64,000 bases of DNA from positions 100,316,001 to 100,380,000 of the forward strand of contig OZ024743.1 in NCBI GenBank assembly GCA_964016885.1, written 5' to 3'. Position numbers and translations under genes: made by a program. Positions within the stretch are counted from its first letter, which is position 1. Every line of letters starts with the position of its first letter. Shown one piece after another: positions 39,901 through 51,900 of the stretch. This DNA comes from Eledone cirrhosa (taxonomy: Eukaryota). The notes beneath the pieces are model-generated. The model was not told the DNA's origin and made no database searches. It saw nothing but the letters and a program-made list of their open reading frames with translations.

Positions 39901-42900
39901 AGAGATGGATCAATAAGACAATAGAGGTAGTTTGAGTTAATAATCGAATAATTAAGCTAATTTAGTTGTAGGCAGGAGACTACTGAAAATCATCTCTGCC
40001 TATGCTCCCCAAGCAGGTCTAGGCAAAGATGAGAAAGACTGCTTTTACGAGCAACTTTTACAAACAACCGCAATGACAGAGGACGGAGACATCGTTATGC
40101 TAGCAGAGGACTTCAATGGTCATGTTGGACAGCTCCAGGATGGTTACACTGGGGTACATGGTGGGCACGGTTACGGCTCAAGAAATGGAGTGAGACTTCT
40201 TGAATTTTGTGATGCAAGTACTCTGACTATTTGCAACACAAACTTCCAGAAACTTGCCAACCACCTAATAACCTACAAATCTGGCGAGCACATAAGCCAG
40301 ATTGACTTCTTACTAGTTAGGCAGCGGGACAGGCAGATAGTGTCTAATACCAAGGCATACCCTGGGAAGAATGTACCCCACAGCATAGGTTAGTCGTTAG
40401 TGATATCTCAGTAAGCAAGAGATGGAATGAGACATACAGGAAGGTGTGGAGAAGAAAGGTCTGGAAGCTAAAAGACCTTTCACTAAAATACAAATTTAGG
40501 AAAGCCCTTCAAGATGTGTATGATTAAAAAGAAGACGATTTAGAGACGTATGACATAGATAATAACTGGAATTTCTTACGTGATAATTTACTGCAGGCTG
40601 CTGATGAAACTTGTGGCTGGAGCAGAGCTCCAACCAGACAGAGAGTGACCTGGTGGTGGAACAGCACAGTAGATAAGGCCATTAGAGACAAAAGACTAGC
40701 ATGGAAGGCTTGGAAAAAGGGTGGGAGTAGGGAAGAATATACAGCCGCTAAGAGAGAAGTTAGATGTCAGGTGTACTTAGCACGCAGGGAGGCTGAGAGT
40801 AGGAGGTTTGCCAATGTTCTGCGACGGGAAGATCAGAGGCATGCGGTGTTCCACATTGCAAGGCAGTGTGTCAATGCAAATCAGGATGTTGTTGGAGATA
40901 AATGTGTCCAGAATGATGCTGGTGTACTTAGTGTCGCGAATGATCAGAAAAAGGAGGCCTGGAAATGTCATTATGAGAGACTGATGAATGTGGAGAACGA
41001 ATGGGAGAGAGAGAAATTACCCTCAGTAGATCCGACAGAGGGACCAGCTATTGAGATTGACGAATATAGGGTCCAAGAGGCGATCAAGGAAATGAAAAAT
41101 GGTAAGGCTGCTGGACCATCGGGAATAGTTGCTGAGATGCTGAAGGCATCAGGGGAGGTAGGCACTAAACTGGTTGCACGCATCATCAATCAGGCTATAT
41201 ATGATGGTGTCATACCTAAAGACTGGTGCAGCAGTATTCACATAAATTGCTACAAAGGTAAAGGGGATGCTCTGGAGAGGAGTAATTATAGGGGTATAAA
41301 ACTGATGGATCAGGTTATGAAAGTGGCAGAAAGGATATTAGCACAACTAATTAGAGAAAGGGTCAAACTAGATGAGATGCAGTTTGGTTTTGTGCCTGGG
41401 AAGAGTACAACAGATGCCCTCTTCTTGGTGAGACAATTGCAAGAGAGGTTCTTAGAGAAAAATAAGCCACTATACTTAGCCTTTGTTGACCTAGAGAAGG
41501 CCTTTGATAGGGTACCCCGATCTGTCATCTGGTGGTCCCTATGGAAACTAGGTGTTGAGGAATGGCTTGTGAGGACAGTGCAAACTTTGTACAGAGGTAC
41601 TCTCAGTAAAGTCAGGGTAGGAAAGGAGTTTAGCTAGGAATTCCAGATACAAGTAGGAGTACATCAGCCCGCTCTTGTTCGTTATAGTCCTCCAAGCCAT
41701 AACAGAGGAGTTTAAGACTGGCTGTCCATGGGAACTTCTCTATGTTGACGATCTGGTTCTTATAGCAGAATCAGTAGAGCAACTAGAGAATAAATTCTGG
41801 CTATGGAAACAGCAGTTGGAAGCAAGAGGACTGAGAGTGAACCTAGCTAAGACTAAAGTGTTGATGTGTAGAAAAGAGGACAAAACCATGATTCCGTCAG
41901 GGAAATGGCCATGTTCGATATGCAGAAAAGGAACTGGCATAAATTCTATAAAATGCACACAATGCAGATCCTGGGTACACAAGAGATGTAGTGGGATAGC
42001 AGGCAAACTAACAGGTAGGGAGAAATATGTATGCAGTAGATGTACAGGGAAATTAGACAGTAGAAGTTGCATTGATAGACACATCTTTCAAATGCAGGCG
42101 GGTGCTATAGAAGTGGTGGATAACTTCTGGTACCTAGGAGATCAGATTAGCATGGGAGGGGGGTGTTCCAAGGCCATAGTATCTAGAATAAGGATGGGTT
42201 GGAAGAAGTTTAGGGAGCTGCTTCCTCTGCTGATGAAGAAGGGTTTCTCCCTGTGTACGAAAGGCCGGTTATATGATGCCTGTGTGAGGAGCGCGATGCT
42301 GCATGGTAGTGAGACATGGGCAGCAACTGCAGAGGATATGCGATGGCTGGAGAGAAATGAGGCAAGCATGCTCCGTTGGATATGCAATGTCAATGTGCGT
42401 GAACAACCGAGCATGGATGTGTTGAGAGAGAAACTGTGTCTGAGAGGGATAGAATGTAGTGTACGGGAGAGGAGACTGAGGTGGTATGGACATGTGATGC
42501 GCATGGAGGATGACCGATGGCTGAAGAAGTGCCAGGAAATGCCAGTTGAAGAAAGGCATGGTATAGGTAGACCAAGAAAAACATGGGCGGAGGTGGTGAG
42601 AATAGACCTCAGATCACTGAAGCTCACTGTGGAGATGACGAAGGACCGTGACAAGTGGAGAGATGCTGTCCTGAATAAGACCCGTCCCACCCTTGCAAGC
42701 AGGGAAGAGTGGACGTAAAATGATGATGATATGTATACATAATTATAGACAAATACACACATTAAAACTAGTTTTCTTCTTTTTCTGCTGCTAAGAAAAA
42801 TACATATCCATTTAACCCTTTCATGACTGATTTCTAATGAAATACACTCTATTTTAATTAATTAATGAAGAATTTTGAAGAATTTATTAAAATTATTAAT

Positions 42901-45900
42901 CATTTCATTACTAAGATAGTAACTTAATGTAAGGTTCTTATATGTTGAAAGATTTTTATTTACATAGGAAACCTTTAAAATGGGTGATTTTATTTCATAG
43001 AACCAGAGCTGGTTTTGGCCAGATTGGTAACTAAAGGGTTAAAATGGGTGGTTTTATTTCATAGAACCAGAGCTGGTTTTGGCCAGGTTGGTAACTAAAG
43101 GGTTAAAATGGGTGGTTTTATTTCATAGAACCAGAGCTGGTTTTGGCCAGGTTGGTAACTAAAGGGTTAAAATGGGTGGTTTTATTTCATAGAACCAGAG
43201 CTGGTTTGGGCCAGGTTGGTAATTAAAGGGTTAAAATGGGTGGTTTTATTTCATAGAACCAGAGCTGGTTTTGGCTGGGTTGGTAACTAAAGGGTTAAGC
43301 TGTGATTAACGAGTGTATACATTTGTGTTATTTAAGTCATTTTTCCATGCTAAAATATATGGGCTAGTGAGAAATTGTCTTCAAAGATGGATGCCCTTCC
43401 TAGTACTCTTCACTTAAAAGTGAAACAAGCAGAATTAAGGGCACAATACAATAACAGTAATAAGATTTGAATTTATGTCCCTGGAATCAGTAGTGCAGAA
43501 CTTTAACCTCATAGTCACTGTTTAAGTATAACAATCTTCCTAGTGTTGATGATCTACATGATAAACACACCCAGTATGTACTATAAAGGTATTGGTGATA
43601 GGAAGGGCATCCAGCCATAGAAAGATTGCCAAAGAAAGGGTTGGGAGGACCCTTCAGTTGTGTCAAATACATGACAGTCTCCCTAGTGTTGGTGTCATGA
43701 TAAAATACACAAAACCATGAGTAAGACATGGGCCCCAGCTCATCTGAGGGGCCAGTAGCTCCACTTGAGTACTGAATCGGTTTGTGAAGACCCATCCAAC
43801 CCTTACTACCAGGGAAAAGAGACATTAAATGAGGATGATGTGTTTTCTTTTCTAATTTCAGTCCCAACCAAGATCCATCAAAATTCCAAGAAATCTGAAA
43901 GTAATAAGACTAATGGTCATTCAGAGTATTCTAACATCAAAGAGGTCAGTTTATTACAAAGTCCTGGGAGTAATAGTCCTAATGGTTCCCCAGTAAATGA
44001 CCTCCAAGAGGATAAGATTTTGTTAGCTAAGAAAATTCTGAACCCTTCAAGCCCAGAGCTCTTACCTAAATCCATAATAGAAGTTGTTGGAGGACGTAGG
44101 GAACACAAAGAACTTGAGACTGAAAAAGTAGATTTTGCTTCAAGTAAACCAAACTTTGTCAACCGTACCATTTCTTCTGATTGGAGCACATGTGAAGCTA
44201 ATGGAGGTTCAATACCCCAAAATTCACATGAACAGTCAAATGGATCGAGAGAATCTACCAGTGAGTCTGGTTATTCTGTTAGCAGTCCTGTTTCACCAGG
44301 ATCCCTTTCAATTGGAAATGGTTATGATCAGAATGAAAGCCAATCAGCAGACTATGGTTACCAACATCTAGAAAATAAACTGCAGTTTCAGGTAAGTTAT
44401 TTAACTCTTAATGTCCTATACCATATGAAATCACATTAGCAAGACATTCTTGAAAAGTACAGCAGTATGACCACATCACATTAAAGATGAATGTTTTTAA
44501 TTTAATACTACAAATTTTCACAATCATATATCCACTATAAACATTTGAATTAATTATTTAGTCAAATATCTGTCCACCGTTACCTTTCTCAATTATAAGG
44601 AAATAATAGCTTACACTCTCCCAGAAAAAGATTAGAATGGTTTCTGTAATTTGGACCTATTTCCATTCATGTTAAATTGAATTTATCATATATTCAGAAT
44701 TAATTGGGTTTGCAATGGATTATTTCTATTTAGAACACTTCTTTTCTTGCTCAACAGTTTTATATAAAAAGTGGTTTTAAGGATAACTGATTTTGTTTTC
44801 AAATCTTTTATAGAATAACCAAATTGCTGAACTGGAGAAAAAAATTGAGGAACTGAAGAGGTTATATATCATATTTTTTCATATGTTTTATATAATTTTA
44901 CATTTCTAATAAGGTTGTGGGAGTGTCATTAAAACTGAAGGGAATGCTGCATAAGTGAGAAATACCTTGATTTATGGGAATATGACATGGCCGATGAATG
45001 TGGAGAAGTAGAAAAGACTGGAAAAAAGAGAAATGAGAATGGTTCAGTAGATGAGCAGAGTATGGCTGAAAGAGAGGAAGACAAGGAATTGCAGAGAATG
45101 ATTGGAATAGAACCAATGATGAATGTTGGAAAGATATTTAGAGATGGTTGGGTCATGTGTTGATAAAATATGAAAGTGACTGGGTGTGAGGGCAAAATTG
45201 AAAAACTTGTCATGGAACCTGCCAGGTAAACCCCTGTTTCAAGGGGAAAAGGTTTATTCTTGTTATAACAAATTAGTTTGGTTTAGTTTATATTTATCAC
45301 AGCTTCATACAGCAAAGTGGTGTTCTCTTTCTATCAGGATGAATGTAGGTTTTGATCCAGCACTCAGTCTACCCTGTAAAGTGCTGATGCCTCAATAAAG
45401 CACACCTAGTCCACTTTGTCACCCAGTACACTCTGTATTGTGGTTGACATTAGGAAGGGCATCTAGCTGCAGTCTAATGACTGAAGTAAGTAAAAGAATA
45501 AAAGAATTCAGGGTTCTTGAGTTAACTATCCATGTAATAGTAAGTACAGTGTCTTATATTAACCAAGTATATAATCAGTTAAGTTGTATAGTTCCACCTC
45601 AGTCTCAGACATCCTATTTTGGTTTTTGTTTTGTTCTTCAGACATTATTCATTGTCCCTATTTTTGTTGTTGTTTAAATACTAGGAAAATTTGGTTGCTA
45701 TTTCTAGCATGTGAAGCTGTACCCATGTTGGCTAGGAGGTTCCTATATGTATAGCTTTAACTATCTAAATGTATGTACAAGGCAACAAATACCCTCAACA
45801 TTCTGTGTCAACATATCTGAACATGTCAGCTACAAAAATTTTAACAATTCAATTGTCAATGTAATTTAATAATTGGGAATTTTTTCCGATCTTCTGACAA

Positions 45901-48900
45901 AAGGAAGACGTTTGTGTGTATTTAAGCTTCAGTGATTTCACTCCTATTTTTCTTTGTTCTTAATGTATTTCTCTGAAACAATTTCAGAGAAATTGATGAA
46001 AGCAGCTGCATCTTTCCTACAAAATACCAACCACTCAAGGCACCAGGTAAGTTTTCTAACCTTATTTTATTTTCTGTTTGCCCAAAAAGTGTAGGCATGG
46101 CTGAGTAAGTTAAGGACTTCACTTCACAACTACGTGGTTTCAAGTTCATTCCTACTGTTTCACCTTGGACATGTGTTTGCTAATCTAGCTTCGCTGGGTT
46201 GACCAATGTCTTTATGAGAGAAGTTTGACAGAAACTGCATAACTCTGTCGTAGATATATATATATGTGTTTGTCTATGTCCTGTAATTTAGTGGTTTGAC
46301 AAAAAAGATCGATAAAATTTGTACCAAATTTGGAAAAAGTAAGTACTGGGGTTGGTATGGTACATTAAATCCCTTTAAGGTGATGCTCCAGTATGGCCAC
46401 AGTTAAATGACTGAAACAGGTAAAAGAATAAAAGCACATGCAGCAAACAATAGTGTAGGGACACATGCCTTGTATTTGTTCCAGCTCTTTGTGCTTTGAG
46501 TTCAAATCCTGCTGAGGTACCTTTGCCTCGTGGTGTTATCCTTTCAGGGTTGATAAAACAAAGTATCTGTCTAATGCAGTGGATTAATGGACTTGTTAGA
46601 AGATCTGATGAAATACCTTGTGGTATTTGTTTGCATCATATATATATGTATATTATATAGAGAATTAGTATATCTACCAACATATGTGTACAGATGTACA
46701 CCCATGCTAGCAAATATATATGTTATGTCTTAGTACCTTTGTGGTTCTATGCAGGGGGATGCAGAACAATTATATGAAAGACGTAAAATAAGAAAATTAA
46801 AAAATTTTTAAAATTAAAAATTAACTTACTAAAATTTTCACTCCAGATTTTAGTAAGTTAATTTTTAATTTTTAAAATGTTCTTATTTTACGTCTTTCAT
46901 ATATATTATATATATATATATATATATAAATTAATAAAAACAAAGAACAAGTTCCTTATATTAAAAAATTCATCATTTTACGATCGTTTCTAGGATGTAT
47001 ATGTGTGTTGGCATGTATATTATATAGATCTATGTAAAAATATTACAAACTATCAGAGGAAATATACATACCTTCACATATATATGCTGTCTTCAGAAAT
47101 GATGAGATTTATTTATTGAAAAAAACCAACAAAGATTTAATATAAAAGGTCTGTTTGGGAACAGATTTTGAATTGACCAATAGAGAAGTAGTTAGAGGTC
47201 AAGTTGATAGAATAGTGGTAGTAGAAATTTAATTTAGGGGTAGAGGAGTGCAGACTTATGTTTTGAATGAAAAGAATGCTTTGAATGAAAAGAATACTTT
47301 GGGGATGAAAAGAGGTCAAGCCAGTGAAGGGTACATGAAAAATTAAATTTCTACTACCACTATTCTATCAACTTGACCTCTAACTACTTCTCTATTGGTC
47401 AATTCAAAATCTGTTCCCAAACAGACCTTTTATATTAAATCTTTGGGCGGTGGATTGGCAGTATCGGTAGAGGGTCGGACGCCATGCTTTCCAGCATAGT
47501 TACGTCCCTTTACGATCTGAGTTCAAATCCCGCCGAGGTTGACTTTGCCTTTCATCCTTACGGGGTCGATAAAATAAAGTACCAGTAATGCACTGGATAA
47601 TTGCTGGCCTTGTGCCTAAAGTAGAAACAGTTATTAAAGAATAATGTTAAAAACGAAGGAAAATAAAATTTTAGGGTAAGGGTATTAGTGAGAAATACTA
47701 AACTTATTTAAACCACAAGGAATCTAGATCTATAACAAGAAATTAAATTAATTGATAGGTATACTCATAAGGATAAATTTATATTAATTCATATGAATGT
47801 GATAAATAAGAATTAGATATTATTAAAGAGTGTTGTTAAAAACGAAGGAAAGTAAAATTTTGGGATAAGGGTAGTAGTGAGGAATACCAATCTTATATAA
47901 ACTACAAGGAATCTAGATTCATAACAGGAAATTAAATTAATTTATAGGTATTAATTTTAGGAAAAGAGCTGTAAGAGGGAAATAAAATTATGAAGTTCTC
48001 TGTAGTAAATTACTAATTATAGGTTAACTAAATTAAAAAAACTAATTATAATAATATGTAAAATATAAGTGTAAGGTGTATATTAATTAGGTTTATAATA
48101 TTTGAAGGTTCTTCTAATTCTATGATTGCAAGATATAATTAATTCCTGTCGCTTATTTAATAGGATATCCTTAGATTTCATGATTTCAAAAAGTTCCTGG
48201 GAGCATAACCTACACTCATATCTGTTATTTTGATAAGGGGTGGCCCTTTGAGCACACTCCAGGTCAGGTTGTAATTGATATTCTTCTTTCTATAATTATT
48301 AATTGTTTCAGCCAAGGATGTTGTATTAGCTAATGCGGCATTTTTAAAACTATGTTTGTGGGTATTAAATCTTACTTTAAATTGGTTAGAGGTAGCTCCT
48401 ATATATGAATAAGTGGAGTCCTTAGTGCTAATTTTACATTTATAGACTATGTTATTAATAAGACAATTTCCCTTTAATGGGCAATTTCTTTTGATTCTAC
48501 AGTTACAACCATTCGTGAATATTATATCAGGGGAGTTAGTCAAATTTGGTGTGGAATTTACTCGGCTTGTTATAGGTGAAGGAGATGGTGGTTTGTTGCG
48601 GTTTATTTTAGTATTATGGTTGGTTTGATCTGTAAGTGGTATATTTGTGGGGTTTTTACATTTATATGCGTTGTACGCACTTATATTTTGTTGTATATTT
48701 TTGGTAGTGGAGTAGGAAAATTTGACAGTTGATCTATTTAAAATTTGATGGTATTTATGGTTTGGCGGGAAGTTTTTCTCTAGGATAGTAAAAAAATGTT
48801 TAGGGATATTATCTTTAATTTGTAGATTAAATGGAGCATTATACCAAGTAACCCGTCTATTACAGTTTCGATATTGTTTTTATATTTACGATGTATCAGG

Positions 48901-51900
48901 ATGTTTACTAAGAGACTTACTATTAGTGAATTTATTATATATAGGTTTAGTTAGATTAACTGATTTAGGCGTTTTAGTCTGATTACTAGGAATTTTGTTA
49001 GTAATGTTGTTAACATATATAGGAGTATTAGGATGAATGGTTTTTTGAAAGTCATTATATTTTATGTGAGAAGAGGTAGAGAAATTAAGTTTTAGGTTGG
49101 TATTTTTGGGTGTAGTATGAATGGCATTTAGGTGTGGGTTTTTCATTTGGTGTTTGTTGGTAATATTGGGTTGTATGTTTGAAATATTATTGGTACAAGG
49201 TATATAGACTAATTTGTGTTATGGCCGCTTCTAGCTAAAGCTTCGTTATAAAAGGGCGCATTTTTATCGAATACATCCTGGTTAGATGAAAGGTTAGAGA
49301 TTCTGAGTGAGATATTATATGCTAGGTTTTTAAGGATAGATCTAGGGTGATTGAATTGTGAGTGTGTGTAATGTAAGTTTTGGTTAGGTTTATGGTAAGG
49401 TTGGTAGATACCCGTAGATAGGTCTAAAGTTATATCTAAGAAATTGACTATTTTACTGGTGTTGTCAAATGTAATAGTGAGATTGTAATAGTCTTTGAGG
49501 AAAGTTCTAAGTTTTTTATTTTTTTCAATTTCTGATAGGCTAAGATTAGTGGAAAGAAGAAGACAGTCATCACGATATAAACCACCTTTAAGGTGGGGAA
49601 AAGATGAATTAATGTTAAATAGAAGAAAGAGGCCCACAAGATCAGTAATTTGGGCAGAATCACTAGAGCCCATAGTAATGTCGAAGAGATTACTATATGT
49701 ATTTCTGGTCCAGTATTCCTTCTGAAATTCCAGTAGTGTTTGTCTAGCATGCGTGATAATATTAATGTCATCCATAGTTAAGTTTGATCTATTTTTGGCA
49801 AATATCAAGGCTTTGTTCAGGAGTAAGGGTGATATAGAGGAATAATAAGCATCTATATCAAATTGTAGAAATGAAGCAGATTTATTTCTAATATTAGTAA
49901 ACCAGTTAATTACTTGGGATGTGTTTACCCAGAGTGGTAAATTAACGTGTTTTCTTAATTGTGGGATGATTCTATCTAAAAGAATTTTACTAATGATGCC
50001 AATGTCAGATTTGGAAGGGCATATAAGTCTTATAGAAGGATTAGAGTTAAAGTTAGATTTGTGATCTTTTGTGGGTTTTTTCAGTGCCAAAGGTTCAGTT
50101 CTGTCTTCAATATTGAGTTTATTTACTATGTTGTATGTTTTGTTGTTGATATTGGTTGGTAAGAGCCGCATTATTTGTTTTTTTATAATTTTTCCTGAGT
50201 TCTTTATAAATGAACTCATTGTATATATATATCATCATCATCATCATCATCAACGTTTAACGTCCGTGTTCCACGCTTGCATGGGTTTGGACGAGGGTAG
50301 TCCCACTTGAGGCAAGAGTGATTGTCTTGCTCGCATAGGACTGTCTGGCAGGTTTTCTACAGTTGGATGCCCTTCCTAACACCAACCACATTTACAGTGT
50401 GGGTCTGGGAGGTTTTTACCGTGTTGCCTACACGGCCACATTACAGCGTGGACTGTGTGTTTTTTTGTCGTGACACCTACACGATCTCATTTGTTTCGGC
50501 CTCGATGGCGCGGCACCAACATAACTTTACATAGAACGGGGTGGTGTGGATGGGGTGGGGGTGGTGGTGGTGGGACGGGATATATATATATATATATATA
50601 TACATACATATACATATATCATCATCATCATCATTTTTACGTCCACTTTTCCATGCTTGCATATAAATTCAAAACCTATTTCATACTTTTCAGAAACAAT
50701 CAATGTCATCCATGTTATTCCATCTGGAATATCAATTAAAAGAACTTTTCTTTTGGATCATGGTCGGTTACATATGGAATCAGTGAAACAATCCTTTGGT
50801 TTAAATACTATTGAGCTTTACATTGGTAAATAACATTTCATATATAACCATTTTGATACCAACTTGACCAAAACCAGCTCTGTGAACCAGTTCCATGAGG
50901 CAAAATACCCCATTTTAAAGAGTTATTATTTAAATTAATATCTTCCAACATAATTGTGTATAAGCACTATATGTTAAGTTACTAATTAGTTGAAATAGAT
51001 ACAGTCACAAAAGGGTTCATTTGAGTGTACAACAATATAAGTGACTAGTAGCAAAACCACCCCTCGGGTGGTTTTCTGCTAGCATGTGTAGTGTGTATAT
51101 TGATATTATACGCAAGTATATATACATGTAGATATGATACATCAAATAAAATCGTAATTGACAATATACACAGAAATTGAACAAAGACTGCGTTACACTG
51201 TCTTATGTAATCAGTAACGTAATCCATGATACATTTAAAAAAAAAGGTATTATATATAAACTGCATTAGGAGAAAATTAGTGACAGAAATATATGAATGT
51301 TTATTTAAGTGATCGCTAACCGGAAGTGTTGACATTTTAAAATTTTAAAGAAGTGAATTTTTAAATAAGTAATAAAATATATTTAATGAACAGCCACAAA
51401 TTTAGTAGATAAATTATGTAATATTCATTCATTATTTATTCAAAGTAATCCAACTTATTTTACTAAGGGGATAAAAAATTATAAACCGTACGCAGTCGCA
51501 CGCTTCTTACTTTATTATAGTTTAGATATATATAATTAATTAAAAGTTGGTTAGAAGCGAAGTCAATGCAGACAGGCAGACATACAGACAGATATTATAA
51601 GGGTGCGACGTTATAGCTATGTATCTATCTAAAAAGACAGACTGAGAAAGAGAGGAATGTTGTATTATATATATTATATATAATATGTACTGGGATAATT
51701 TCTGGCCTTGTGCCAAAAGTAGAAACAATTATACTTTTTTATACAACTGTAAATAACATGTTTATGTATGTATATATACGTATAAAGGAATGCTGTAATA
51801 AAATGTACAAATTAAACACTCTTATTTATGATGCTAACACTATATATATATATATACACACATACACAGCGAAGCCAATGCACAGAATGGTTTTCGTAAT

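Larger units (their letters stand above)
46928..50221 (-). mobile_element. Penelope-like retroelement (RT + GIY-YIG), 5'-truncated, degenerate; probably Hydra clade
   Basis: RT: KDHK..F...P..RLI.P.KS.IG.ISK, FDI, DITMGSSDSAQ..DLVG, GLYRDD, NFLDI; thumb WYNAPF...NRSTVKFSYS; linker CNCRIKRNC; GIY-YIG IVY...YIG..FK.RF..H; C-terminal CRLC..LLNKRQE..SCNH ending ~48083; flanked by (TA)n. Confidence 0.92.

Noticed and set aside
43765-43861. 5' extension of the 224-aa ORF as coding sequence
   Set aside because: This part is a SINE tail (CCATCCAACCCTTACTACCAGGGAAAAGAGACATTAAATGA); the true exon begins at the AG at 43860-43861
47446-47538. tRNA gene
   Set aside because: A/B boxes are too far apart and are followed by a SINE body; multiple dispersed copies
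48083-50219. Selenoprotein-coding (Naiad-type) PLE or intact active element
   Set aside because: Interruptions are TAG/TAA stops and 1-bp frameshifts rather than in-frame TGA at Cys positions; 5' truncated
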